Assembly: GCA_964387175.1 (NCBI GenBank)
Contig: CAYLVJ010000001.1
Span: 602 to 64,601, forward strand
DNA: 64,000 nucleotides
Direction: 5' to 3'
DNA from: an uncultured Candidatus Saccharibacteria bacterium
GTDB taxonomy: Bacteria > Patescibacteriota > Minisyncoccia > Minisyncoccales > CAYTKG01
The translations under genes and the position numbers were made by a program. Positions 32,279 to 41,935 of the stretch are shown here, piece by piece. The first letter of the stretch is position 1. Every line of letters begins with the position of its first letter. The notes under the pieces were generated by a model, which worked only from the letters and a program-made list of their open reading frames with translations, was not told where the DNA came from and ran no database searches.

Positions 32279-33378
32279 TGAAAAAAACTAAAAAACATTT
32301 AGAGAAAATAGATTGGGTGATTGTCTTTTCCGCTCTTTTTTTATCTTCTTTTGGAGCTTTGTCTATTTACAGTTCCTCTTTTTTTAGGGATGACTTTTTT
32401 AACTTCAAAAAACAAGTGATTTTTATTGCCCTGGGGGTTGTTCTAATGTTTTTGGTAAGTTTTTGTGACTGGCGGATGTTTAAAGATCAGTCTCATATTC
32501 TCTTGGGAATTTGGATTATTTTAGTCTTAAGTTTGTTTTTCCTTTTTATTCTTGGGCAGAAAACTAAGGGAGTGAAAGGGTGGTATCGTTTCGGTGCTAT
32601 TTCTTTTGATCCCGTTCCTTTTATGGAGATAGCTCTTATTCTTGTTTTGGCTAAGTATTTTTCAGAAAGGCATGTCGAGCTTTACAACTTTAAACATATA
32701 TTAATCTCTGGTTTTTACGCTTTTTTACCATTCCTGTTTGTTTTTTTTCAGCCGGATTTGGGATCGGCGGTGTCTTTCGGAGTGATTTGGCTTGGAATAC
32801 TTGTGGCCTCCGGCATTAAAATCAAGGACTTCTTATTTCTAATGGTTATCTTTTTAATAATTTCCGTTTTAGCATGGTCTTTTCTTTTAAGGCCTTATCA
32901 AAAAGAAAGGGTTTTCAACTTTCTTTTCCCAGAAGAGGATGTTTTGGGAGGAGGTTGGAGTCAGATGCAGTCTAAAATAGCAATAAGCACTGGAGGGTTG
33001 TGGGGAAAAGGTTTTAAAAAGGGTGAGCAGGTTCAAAGGGGATTTTTAACTCTTCCCCAGACCGATTTTATCTTTGCTTCCATTGCTCATGAATTCGGAT
33101 TGATGGGGGTGACCCTTCTTTTGGGCTTGATTTTGATTTTATGTTGGAGAATTGTTAAAGTGTGTTACGAGTCTCGTGGAAACTTTCCCCGTCTTTTTGC
33201 TTTAGGGCTGGCTATTTCCCTCTTCTTTCAAGCTTTTGTTCATGTCGGAATGAATCTTGGAATTTTACCTATTGTAGGTCTTCCCTTTCCTTTGGTCAGC
33301 TATGGAGGAAGTGGGATCATCGCTAAGTTTTTGGGGCTCGGTATTTTACAAAGCTTGGTAACTCATCCGGAAAAATGA
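32278..33378 (+). CDS. SEDS-family peptidoglycan glycosyltransferase FtsW/RodA
   Basis: 10-TM FtsW/RodA/SpoVE profile, C-terminal PLVSYGGSG. Confidence 0.85.
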
Positions 33379-34388
33379 AAAAAATATTGACATTTTTTGT
33401 TTCTTTACTTTTGGGCCTTGTTTTTGTTCTAGGTCTTTTCAGGTACTTTGTAGCCTGGCAGGAACTTAAAGAGAGCATGGCTTCTTTTTATTTTTGGAAA
33501 TGGACTCTGGTTTTAGCAGTTTCTTTTTTAAGTCTTTTGGCTGCCTCTTTAAAGTGGCGGTCAATTCTTAAAAGTTTCGGGTCAACCGCTTCCTTTAAAA
33601 CTATTTTTGAAGCTCATTTTTCTGCTTTTGCAATTACCTATCTTATCCCCCCCGCTATTTTTTGGGCTGATTTTTTTAGAGCCCGGGCAGTGGAAGACGA
33701 AATATCTTTAACTAAAAGAATCGCCTCTGTTTTTTCAGACAGGATTTTGACTACCTTTTTTGACCTTCTTCTTATTTGTCTCGGTTCGTTTTTGTTTTTT
33801 AAAGAAGCGGATGGTTTTTTTGGTAAGTTCGGGCATATATATCTCGGCTTTTTGTTCTTTTTCGCTTTTATAATCTTTTTCGTTTTAATATTTCTTCTTT
33901 ATTCCAACCTTCTACAGAAAATGGGGGTATTGAAGCTCTTTTTAAACTCTTTTTCAAAAGAGAATAATATCGGGAGGGAAATAAAGCAAGAAATAATCAA
34001 CTTTTTTAAAAACAAAGGGGGTGGATTAAGAAAGGTGCTTGTTTTGGGACTTTTGCGAAGTTCTTTGATGGTTTTTCAATGTTTTTTAATCATTACCTTT
34101 TTGGGAAACCAGGTGGGTGTCTTGGAAAGCTTGGCTATTTTTGGTCCCACCACCGCCTCTTTAGAAACTCCCATTTCGGCGGACTTGGGAAGTCATGATT
34201 TAACTTCCGCCTTGGTTTTTAAAGGAATCGGTTTGACTAAAGGCAGCGGGGCGGCTTACGCTTTTATCTTTAGAGGAGCGAATTTAGCTCTTGTTTGTTT
34301 GGGATCCTTTTTTCTTGTTAAAATTGGCCTTAGCTCATTTCGAAAAAGAATAGTTTCTAAGGTGAAGAAGATATTTAATAATTTGTAA
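33375..34388 (+). CDS. integral membrane protein (UPF0104 / LPG-synthase-TM flippase-like)
   Basis: 337 aa, ~8 TM helices. Confidence 0.4.
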   Translation: MKKILTFFVSLLLGLVFVLGLFRYFVAWQELKESMASFYFWKWTLVLAVSFLSLLAASLKWRSILKSFGSTASFKTIFEAHFSAFAITYLIPPAIFWADFFRARAVEDEISLTKRIASVFSDRILTTFFDLLLICLGSFLFFKEADGFFGKFGHIYLGFLFFFAFIIFFVLIFLLYSNLLQKMGVLKLFLNSFSKENNIGREIKQEIINFFKNKGGGLRKVLVLGLLRSSLMVFQCFLIITFLGNQVGVLESLAIFGPTTASLETPISADLGSHDLTSALVFKGIGLTKGSGAAYAFIFRGANLALVCLGSFFLVKIGLSSFRKRIVSKVKKIFNNL

Positions 34389-34389
34389 A

Positions 34390-36132
34390 ATGTCAAACCT
34401 ACGTCTTTCAAAAATTTTTAACGAGATAGCGGATTTTCTTGAAGCGGAGGAGGTGGATTTTAAACCCCGGGCTTACAGGAGAGCGGCCCGCAGCATTAAG
34501 GATTTAGATGTAGAGGTTGAAATAATTTATGAGGAAAAAGGAAAAGAGGGCCTTAAGGAAATACCGGATATAGGGGAAAGTATCGCTCAAAAAATTATTG
34601 AGTTTTTAGAAACGGGGGAGATTGAATATTTAAAAAACTTAAAAGAAAAAGCCCCTTTCAAGGTGGAGGAACTTACCAGGGTGGAAGGTTTAGGGCCTAA
34701 GGGTGCTAAAAAGCTTTTTAAAAAGCTTGACGTTAGAAGCCTCAAAGATCTTAAAAAAGCTGTTGAAAAAGGAGATATAGCTGAGCTTGAAGGGTTTGGA
34801 GAAAAAAGCCAAGAAAATATTGCTCAGGCTATTGAGTTTCTTGAACACTCCAAGGGTCGTTTTCTTTTGGGGGAGGTGTTGCCTCAGGTGGAAAGACTAA
34901 AGAAAAAAATGTCTCGCTTGAGTCAGATTTCAAAAATGGAGGTAGCCGGATCGGTGAGAAGAATGAAAAAAACCATTGGTGATGTGGACCTTTTGGTTGT
35001 GGTTCAGGGGGGAAAGAAAAGCAAAAAAGCACAAGAGGTGATGGAATTTTTTACTGGTATGCCGGAGGTGGTTAAGGTTTGGAGCAAAGGGTCTACACGT
35101 TCTTCGGTGCGGCTTCAAGAAGGAATCAACGTGGATCTAAGAATTGTTTCTCCTTCTTCTTTTGGGTCCGCCCTTCAATATTTCACGGGATCCAAGGAGC
35201 ACAATATCGCAGTTCGAGGAGTGGCAAAGAATAAAGGAATGAAACTAAACGAATACGGTCTTTTTAAAGATGAAAAAAATATTGCCGGAAAAAAAGAAGA
35301 AGAAATCTATGAAAAGTTGGGAATGTCTTATATCCCTCCCGAGCTCAGAGAAAACAGAGGAGAGGTGCAGTCAGGGCTTAAGGGTAATTTGCCGGATTTA
35401 ATTAAAAAACGAGATTTAAAAGGAGATCTTCACATGCACTCTGATTGGAATGGTGGAAAACATTCCATTTCCGAAATGGCAAAGGTCTTAAAATCAATGG
35501 GTTACAAATACGGAGGTATCTCAGATCACACTAAGTTTTTGAAGGTTGAAAACGGGTTGGACGAAGAAAAACTTTTAAGGCAGAAAAAAGAAATAAAAAG
35601 AATCAACCGCGGGTTTAAAAAGACGGGTTTTGTTCTGCTTCAAGGATGTGAGGCCAACATTCTAAAAGACGGTTCGTTGGACATGGGAAGAGAAATCCTT
35701 TCCGAGATGGATTATGTGATTGCGGGAGTTCACTCTCACTTTCACATGGGAAAAAAGGAAATTACGGATCGTTTAATCAAAGCTCTTCAAAATCCAGAGG
35801 TCAATATTATCTCACATCCTACGGGCCGTGTTTTAAAAAGAAGAAAGGAGTTTGACATTAATTGGGATAGATTTTTGGGGGCGGTTCAAAAAAACAAAGT
35901 TGCTTTGGAGATAAACTCCAGCGCGGCGAGACTTGACTTGGACGGGGAGATGGTAAAAAGAGTTAAAGAAACCGGGGTAAAAATGGTTATCGGATCTGAT
36001 TCTCACGCCAAGGTTCATCTTTCCGGGATACGTCTTGGAGTGGGGCAGGCAAGAAGAGGATGGGCGGAGAAAAAAGATATTATTAACTCTTGGGAGCTGG
36101 AAGATCTTTTGAGCTTTTTTTCAAAAACTTGA
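34390..36132 (+). CDS. polX: DNA polymerase X family protein (Pol beta-like core + C-terminal PHP domain)
   Basis: HhH N-terminus, GS...VGDVDLLV nucleotidyltransferase motif, PHP HMHSDWNGG...DSH. Confidence 0.85.
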   Translation: MSNLRLSKIFNEIADFLEAEEVDFKPRAYRRAARSIKDLDVEVEIIYEEKGKEGLKEIPDIGESIAQKIIEFLETGEIEYLKNLKEKAPFKVEELTRVEGLGPKGAKKLFKKLDVRSLKDLKKAVEKGDIAELEGFGEKSQENIAQAIEFLEHSKGRFLLGEVLPQVERLKKKMSRLSQISKMEVAGSVRRMKKTIGDVDLLVVVQGGKKSKKAQEVMEFFTGMPEVVKVWSKGSTRSSVRLQEGINVDLRIVSPSSFGSALQYFTGSKEHNIAVRGVAKNKGMKLNEYGLFKDEKNIAGKKEEEIYEKLGMSYIPPELRENRGEVQSGLKGNLPDLIKKRDLKGDLHMHSDWNGGKHSISEMAKVLKSMGYKYGGISDHTKFLKVENGLDEEKLLRQKKEIKRINRGFKKTGFVLLQGCEANILKDGSLDMGREILSEMDYVIAGVHSHFHMGKKEITDRLIKALQNPEVNIISHPTGRVLKRRKEFDINWDRFLGAVQKNKVALEINSSAARLDLDGEMVKRVKETGVKMVIGSDSHAKVHLSGIRLGVGQARRGWAEKKDIINSWELEDLLSFFSKT

Positions 36133-36136
36133 AAAT

Positions 36137-36168
36137 AAAAAAACCACCGTCGGTGGTTTTTGATTTTT
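36137..36168. terminator. bidirectional terminator (AAAAAACCACCGTCGGTGGTTTTTGATTTTT)
   Basis: palindrome between convergent polX and rplT. Confidence 0.6.
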
Positions 36169-36176
36169 ATCCCTTC

Positions 36177-36527
36177 TTATTTTTCCTTTACTTCGTTGAC
36201 GATTTCTTCAAAAACTTTAGGGTTTTGAACTGCAAGTTCTGAGAGAACCTTGCGGTTCAAATTTACTCCCCCTTTTTTTAAAAGATGAATAAAGTGTGAG
36301 TAAGTTAATCCCATTTTACGCACGGCGGCGTTTATTCTTATCTGCCATAATCTTCGAAAGAACCTTTTTCTCGTCTTTCTGTCTCTGTAAGCGTAAGTTA
36401 AAGCTTTAAGCCGGGCTTGTTTAGCGGCTCTGTATTTTCTACTTCTTTGCCATTTGTAACCTTTAGCCTCTTTTATGAGGCCTTTTTTTCTTTTTCTTCT
36501 GGTTGAACTTTGAGTAGAGCGTGGCAT
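36177..36527 (-). CDS. rplT: 50S ribosomal protein L20
   Basis: GYKWQRSRKYRAAKQARLKALTYAYRDRK, IRINAA. Confidence 0.9.
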   Translation of the reverse strand: MPRSTQSSTRRKRKKGLIKEAKGYKWQRSRKYRAAKQARLKALTYAYRDRKTRKRFFRRLWQIRINAAVRKMGLTYSHFIHLLKKGGVNLNRKVLSELAVQNPKVFEEIVNEVKEK

Positions 36528-36528
36528 A

Positions 36529-36723
36529 TCAACCTGTTTTAAGTAATCTTTTAATTATTTTGGCCTCTCCTTTTGAAACAGGAACCCATTTTCTTTGGCT
36601 TCTTTTTTTATCTCCTGATTTTTTAGCACGAAAATGGTTTTGCCCGCATGCGCGCCTTAAAACCTTGCCTGTTTTTGTTATTTTAAATCTTTTTTGCAGT
36701 GATTTTCTTGTTTTTCCGCTCAT
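36529..36723 (-). CDS. rpmI: 50S ribosomal protein L35
   Basis: 64 aa basic, KTRKSLQKRFKITKTGKV. Confidence 0.9.
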   Translation of the reverse strand: MSGKTRKSLQKRFKITKTGKVLRRACGQNHFRAKKSGDKKRSQRKWVPVSKGEAKIIKRLLKTG

Positions 36724-37232
36724 GTTTCTTTTGAAATTATCGTTGCCAACCCTCCTCTTTCTTTTTTAATTTTTCTTTCTACTTTGATGGGAAGTTCCTT
36801 TTTAACCTTTTCTAAGAAATGATTTATCTTTTTTCTAGCGTGGTCTTTTAAAGCGTTCTCTCTACCTCTCAAGCTTAGAAGAACTCTTACTTTGTAGTTT
36901 TTGTTTAGGAATTCAATTGTTTTTCTCTTTCGTGTTTCAAGGTCGTGTTCCGAGATGTTGAAAGTCAATCTGATTCCCTTTATTTCCCCGGCCTTGCTTT
37001 TTGCTTTTCCCGCCTGCTCCTTTTTCTTTTGTTCGTAAAGATATTTTCCGTAGTCAAGGATCTTGCAGACCGGCGGATCGGTTTGTGTTATTTCTACTAA
37101 GTCCAAACCCCGCTCCTCGGCTTTTTCAAGCGCTTCTTTGGTGGGAACCACTCCTATGTGTTCCCCCTTGTCTATTAGGCGCACCTTATCAGCCCTTATC
37201 TTTTTGTTTTTTCTTGGTTTGGCGATATTAAT
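36720..37232 (-). CDS. infC: translation initiation factor IF-3, probable AUU start
   Basis: IRADKVRLIDKGEHIGVV...VCKILDYGKY; the longer ATG-start ORF would overlap the tmRNA 3' end, an in-frame ATT sits at 37230-37232. Confidence 0.85.
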   Translation of the reverse strand: MNIAKPRKNKKIRADKVRLIDKGEHIGVVPTKEALEKAEERGLDLVEITQTDPPVCKILDYGKYLYEQKKKEQAGKAKSKAGEIKGIRLTFNISEHDLETRKRKTIEFLNKNYKVRVLLSLRGRENALKDHARKKINHFLEKVKKELPIKVERKIKKERGGLATIISKET

Positions 37233-37244
37233 AAAATTAAGTTG

Positions 37245-37591
37245 TGGAGATGGGGAGATTGAACTCCCGTCCAAAACTTCCGCGAGCGTGTTTCTACAAG
37301 CTTAGTCCATTTGTTTTTTTCAAGAAACCGAGTAGTAAATGGACAAAATCTTCGATTTCTTTATCCCTTTTGTTTCGAAAGACTTGTTGGGAAGACAAAC
37401 CTTTCTATCTCAATATATGATACCGGATCTTGACTATTGAGAATCGTCAAGGCGGCACTACCCTTAAGCGTAAGCTAGGGCAGGTTCGAAATCAAAGTTG
37501 GCATTTGTTTGCCTTCCAGGTTTTTGATCAGTTTCCTGGGAACTGAGCTTGCGGCATTCTCACAATAAGTTTTGTCGATGCATGCATCCCC
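37245..37591 (-). ncRNA. ssrA: tmRNA (ssrA), tag peptide ANFDFEPALAYA
   Basis: 5' GGGGATG pairs with 3' CATCTCC+A giving G3:U70; T-arm-like GGGAGTTCAATCTCCCC; in-frame GCC AAC TTT GAT TTC GAA CCT GCC CTA GCT TAC GCT TAA at 37464-37502 (- strand); adjacent smpB. Confidence 0.8.
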
Positions 37592-37608
37592 ATTGTTAAA
37601 CAACAAAA

Positions 37609-38058
37609 CTAACGACGCTTTTTTAGTTCGCGTCTTATCTCTCTTTTGGCCTGTCTTTTTCTTATTGCCTCTCTTTTGTCGTATTGTCTTTTTCCTTTAG
37701 CCAGTCCTATCTTTACTTTTATCAGGCCACTTTTAGTATATACCTTCAAGGGTACTAAAGTCAACCCCTTTTGGCTTGTTTTACCGATTAAACGGCGGAT
37801 CTGTCTTTTTTTCAAAAGAAGCTTTCTTTTTCTTTGGGGGTCATAGTTTCGGGGAGCGTTGGCGGGTTGATAAGGAGGGATGTTTGCTCCCAGGAGCCAA
37901 ACTTCTTCGTCTTTGGTTTTCGCGTAACTCCCCTTTATCGATATCCTTCCCTTTTTGGCTGCTTTCACCTCCTGACCGGTTAAAACTATCCCTGCCTCTA
38001 AGGTTTCAAGGATATTGTATTCGTGATAAGCTTTTTTGTTTTTGGCTAAAACTGGCAT
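37609..38058 (-). CDS. smpB: SsrA-binding protein SmpB
   Basis: KAYHEYNILETLEAGIVLTGQEVKA, basic C-terminal tail. Confidence 0.9.
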   Translation of the reverse strand: MPVLAKNKKAYHEYNILETLEAGIVLTGQEVKAAKKGRISIKGSYAKTKDEEVWLLGANIPPYQPANAPRNYDPQRKRKLLLKKRQIRRLIGKTSQKGLTLVPLKVYTKSGLIKVKIGLAKGKRQYDKREAIRKRQAKREIRRELKKRR

Positions 38059-38158
38059 TTGTTTAATCTTAACAGATTGTACGCAGTGTGCAAACGGTGT
38101 TGATTTTTAATGGATGTTGAGTTAAAATGAAGATAATTAACAAACTAAATTTGAAAAC

Positions 38159-38443
38159 ATGCTTGCTAAATTTCCAATTGACTTAAAAAAGGTAAAAAAA
38201 GAGGATATAGACAAGGAAATACTAAGAGTCGGCCTCATTGCCGAACTGGATGCTATAAATCTTTATGAGCAGCTGGCTGCCGAAACGGACGACCCCCAGC
38301 TTAAAAGAGTTCTTTTAGACGTTGCCAAAGAAGAAAAGGAACACGTCGGTGAATTCCAGGCCCTTCTTTTGAAAAGAGACCCGGAACAGTTGGAGGAAAT
38401 GGAAGAAGGAAAAAAAGAAGTTGAAGAAATTATTAACGAATAA
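38159..38443 (+). CDS. ferritin-like (EncFtn/Flp-type) small diiron-family protein
   Basis: ELDAINLYEQ...DDPQL...EEKEH (ExxH) motif pattern of encapsulated-ferritin-like proteins; 94 aa. Confidence 0.5.
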   Translation: MLAKFPIDLKKVKKEDIDKEILRVGLIAELDAINLYEQLAAETDDPQLKRVLLDVAKEEKEHVGEFQALLLKRDPEQLEEMEEGKKEVEEIINE

Positions 38444-38516
38444 CCCTGCTTTTTAACTAAAGTAGGGTGGTTACAAAAGGGGCCTGGCCCCTTTTGTTTG
38501 TATAAACAAATAAAAT

Positions 38517-41426
38517 ATGAAGTTTAAAAAACTCGAAAAAAGAGTTGATTTCCCGGAACTTGAAGGAAAGGTTCTAAAATATTGGAAAGAAAACGATGTT
38601 TTAAAAAAATATCTTCGAAAAAATGAAGATAAAAGTAAGAGGTTTTCCTTTTTCGACGGCCCCATAACGGCTAATAATCCTATGGGGGTTCACCACGCCC
38701 GGGGGAGAAGTTTTAAAGACCTTATTCAGCGCTTTAAGAATATGCAGGGCTACAAGCAGCGCTTCCAAAACGGGTTTGACTGTCAAGGTTTGTGGGTTGA
38801 AGTGGAGGTTGAAAAATCTCTTGGGTTTAACACGAAAAAAGATATTGAGGATTACGGTTTAGGGAAGTTCACCCAAAAATGCAAAGAAAGAGTAAGAAGG
38901 TTCGCCAAAAAGATAACCGATCAGTCAAAAAGACTGGGCTACTTTATGGATTGGGACAACTCTTATTTCACCTTTTCCGAAAGAAACAATCTTCATATTT
39001 GGCATTTTTTAAAGAAATGTTACGAAAAGGGATTGATTTACAAAAGTCACTCGGCGGTTGCTTGGTGTCCCAGGTGTGAAACCGGACTTTCCAAACACGA
39101 ACAAGCCGACGGCTACAAAATGATTACCGACCTTTCCTTATACATCAAGTTTCCTCTGAAAGACAGAGAAGATGAGTATCTTTTAGCTTGGACCACTACT
39201 CCTTGGACCTTGACCGCCAATGTTTTGCTGGCTGTAAATCCCGAGTTTCAATACGTAAAATCTAAAAAGGAAGGAGAAACTCTTTATCTAGCTGAAGAGT
39301 CGGCTAAAAGGCTAAACCTTGATTATGAAAAAATTGACGGAGAAAAACTTGTCGGCTTGAAATATGAATCTCTTTTCCCTCATCTTCCGGCCGGAGGAGA
39401 AGTTGATCACTTTGTTGTCGAGTGGAAAGAGGTTGATCCTAGTGAAGGGACGGGGGTAGTTCATATTGCTCCCGGCTGCGGAGAGGAGGACTTCGAACTG
39501 GGGAAAGAAGTTGGTGTTCCTGCTTTTTCTCCCATTGACGAAAAGGGTGAGTTTAAAAGTGACTGGGGAGAGTTTGCGGGGGAGAACGCCCACGAAGTGA
39601 AAGAAAAAGTGATAAGTTTTTTAAAGAAGAAAAACCTTCTTTTTAAAACGGAAAACATTACCCACTCCTATCCTCACTGCTGGAGGTGTAAAACCAAATG
39701 TCTTTTTCGCCTTGAAGACAACTGGTTTATTGATTGTCAGAAGATAAAAGGGAGGTTGAAAGAAAAGATGAAAGATGCAAACTGGATTCCTTCTTATGTT
39801 GAAAGAAGAATGGAAGATTGGCTGGAAAATATGGGCGACTGGATGATCTCCAGGAGGCGTTTTTACGGATTATCCCTTCCTTTTTATGAATGCGGAGAAT
39901 GCGGGGGGTTGACGGTTGTAGGAAGCAAAGAAGAGCTGTCTGAACTGGCGGTTAACCCGGAAAGGGTTGACACCTTGCCCAGCCTTCACCGTCCCTGGAT
40001 AGACGAGGTGGAGGTAAAATGTCCGGAATGCGGGAAGTTGGTAAAAAGGATAGAAGAGGTCGGTGACTGCTGGTTGGACGCAGGAGTCGTTCCTTTTTCT
40101 ACCCTTGATTATCTTTCTAACAAAGCTTATTGGAAAAAATGGTTTCCGGCTGATTTCATTTCAGAGATGATAGAGCAGGTTAGGTTGTGGTATTATTCCA
40201 TGCTTGTTTACGGGGTGGTTTTGGAAGATGAGGTTCCTTACAAAAATGTAGTAAGTTATGACGAGGTGAGAGACGAAGAAGGGGAGGCGATGAGTAAAAG
40301 TAAAGGAAATGGAATTCCTTACGATGAGGCGGTGGAGAATATGGGGGCGGATGTGATGCGCTGGATATATTTTTCTAAAAACCCGAACGCTCCGGTTAAT
40401 TTCGGATACAAACTGGCTGAAAAAGTAAAAAGAGGATTTCTTTTTACTCTCTGGAATTGTTACAAGTTCTTTTTAGAATACGCGAGTTTAGAAGTGGGGG
40501 GAGAGATCGATCTTGAAGGATTGGAGCAAAAAACAGTGCTTGACCGATGGATCGTTTCTCGTCTCAACAAGCTTAAAAAAGAAGTCACAGAATCTTTAGA
40601 AGAATTCAGCCCCGCTCCAGCAGTAAGAGCCATAGAAGATTTTGTACTTAAAGATCTTTCTACTTGGTATATCAGAAGGTCAAGAGACAGGATTGGTCCT
40701 TCAGCAGAAGACGGTGAGGACAAGAAAAACTGTTATTTAACCTTTTATCTTGTTTTAACGGAGGTTGCTAAGACTTTAGCTCCTTTCCTTCCATTTTTAA
40801 GTGAAAAACTTTCACATAGTTTAGGCTATGAGAACTCTGTCCATCTGGAGGATTGGCCCTCTTTTAAGAGGGAGAAAATAGATGAAGAGGTGGAGGAAAA
40901 AATGGAGATGGTGCGGGAAGTCTGCAGTCTGGCCCACCGGGCGAGAAGAAAAGCGGGGATAAAAACAAGGCAGGCTTTAAAAGAGATGCAGGTTAAAACA
41001 TTGAAAAGTAAACTAGAAGAAGGTTTTACCACTCTTATCAAAGACGAGGTGAACGTTGAAGAAGTCTACTTTGTTGAAAACTTCCGTAAGCTTGAAAAAG
41101 AAGAACGGGTGAAAGGGGAAAGAATAGAAGTGTCTTTGGAAACCGAAATTACTCCTCGTCTTAAAAGAAAGGGGGTGTTAAGAGAGGTGGTGCGCCGGGT
41201 GCAGTTTATGAGAAAAAAAAGCGGTTTAAAACCTTCAGATACGATTCAAATCTACTACAACGGTAGTTCAAAGCTGGAAAGAATGATAGAGGAAGAAAAA
41301 AAAGAACTAAAAAAGGAAACTATTGCTTCTTCCGTTGATAAAGAAGCAGAAGAAAAGGAGGGTGTGATGTGGAGGGAATACGAGATAAAGTCCATGAAAA
41401 TTAAACTGGGGATTAAAAAGATATGA
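38517..41426 (+). CDS. ileS: isoleucine--tRNA ligase (IleRS)
   Basis: FFDGPITANN...GFDCQGLW, WCPRCETGLS, KMSKS-like AMSKSKGN; 969 aa; HIGH motif appears degenerate (GVHH). Confidence 0.75.
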   Translation: MKFKKLEKRVDFPELEGKVLKYWKENDVLKKYLRKNEDKSKRFSFFDGPITANNPMGVHHARGRSFKDLIQRFKNMQGYKQRFQNGFDCQGLWVEVEVEKSLGFNTKKDIEDYGLGKFTQKCKERVRRFAKKITDQSKRLGYFMDWDNSYFTFSERNNLHIWHFLKKCYEKGLIYKSHSAVAWCPRCETGLSKHEQADGYKMITDLSLYIKFPLKDREDEYLLAWTTTPWTLTANVLLAVNPEFQYVKSKKEGETLYLAEESAKRLNLDYEKIDGEKLVGLKYESLFPHLPAGGEVDHFVVEWKEVDPSEGTGVVHIAPGCGEEDFELGKEVGVPAFSPIDEKGEFKSDWGEFAGENAHEVKEKVISFLKKKNLLFKTENITHSYPHCWRCKTKCLFRLEDNWFIDCQKIKGRLKEKMKDANWIPSYVERRMEDWLENMGDWMISRRRFYGLSLPFYECGECGGLTVVGSKEELSELAVNPERVDTLPSLHRPWIDEVEVKCPECGKLVKRIEEVGDCWLDAGVVPFSTLDYLSNKAYWKKWFPADFISEMIEQVRLWYYSMLVYGVVLEDEVPYKNVVSYDEVRDEEGEAMSKSKGNGIPYDEAVENMGADVMRWIYFSKNPNAPVNFGYKLAEKVKRGFLFTLWNCYKFFLEYASLEVGGEIDLEGLEQKTVLDRWIVSRLNKLKKEVTESLEEFSPAPAVRAIEDFVLKDLSTWYIRRSRDRIGPSAEDGEDKKNCYLTFYLVLTEVAKTLAPFLPFLSEKLSHSLGYENSVHLEDWPSFKREKIDEEVEEKMEMVREVCSLAHRARRKAGIKTRQALKEMQVKTLKSKLEEGFTTLIKDEVNVEEVYFVENFRKLEKEERVKGERIEVSLETEITPRLKRKGVLREVVRRVQFMRKKSGLKPSDTIQIYYNGSSKLERMIEEEKKELKKETIASSVDKEAEEKEGVMWREYEIKSMKIKLGIKKI

Positions 41427-41935
41427 AGATTGTTTTTTTGTCCGACACCCACGACAACCTTCCCAATTTCAAAAAGGTGGTTGGTTGGGCTGAAAAAAAG
41501 AGAATAAAAACCATTATTCACTGCGGGGACGTTTCTTCACCTACTACTTGGAAAAAGGCGCTGGAAGATTTTAACGGTAAGGCCTTTGTTTCTTTGGGTA
41601 ATGCGGACGAAGGTTTTAACTGGGAAAGAGAAAAAAGACGGGATCCGGATCTAGGGGAATCTGTTTTTACTTCTTACGGTAAGATCAAGTTGGGCGGGGT
41701 GAGGGTTGGTTTTTGTCACCTCCCAAGGAAAGCTCGAGAGCTAGTGAGGGATGAAAACTTTGACGTTTTTTTTTACGGGCATACTCACAAACCGTGGGAA
41801 GAAAAACAATCCGAAACATTGATGCTTAACCCGGGCAATGTAGCGGGGATAAAGTATCAGCCGACTTTCGGCGTTTACGACACCCAAAAAAAGAAGGCGG
41901 AGCTTAAAATTCTCCGTCAGCTGAAAGATGTTTAA
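41423..41935 (+). CDS. metallophosphoesterase (YfcE/MJ0936 family)
   Basis: MKIVFLSDTHDN...IIHCGD...GNAD...GHTH. Confidence 0.75.
   Translation: MKIVFLSDTHDNLPNFKKVVGWAEKKRIKTIIHCGDVSSPTTWKKALEDFNGKAFVSLGNADEGFNWEREKRRDPDLGESVFTSYGKIKLGGVRVGFCHLPRKARELVRDENFDVFFYGHTHKPWEEKQSETLMLNPGNVAGIKYQPTFGVYDTQKKKAELKILRQLKDV

Noticed and set aside
37001-37305. + strand ORFs of 76 and 80 aa
   Set aside because: They overlap the infC antisense and the tmRNA 3' region. The tmRNA and IF-3 calls explain the sequence.
38640-38700. Degenerate HIGH motif (GVHH) in IleRS as evidence of a pseudogene
   Set aside because: The rest of the 969-aa frame is intact, with KMSKS-like and zinc motifs. By-eye motif alignment is unreliable, so it is kept as an intact CDS with a caveat.
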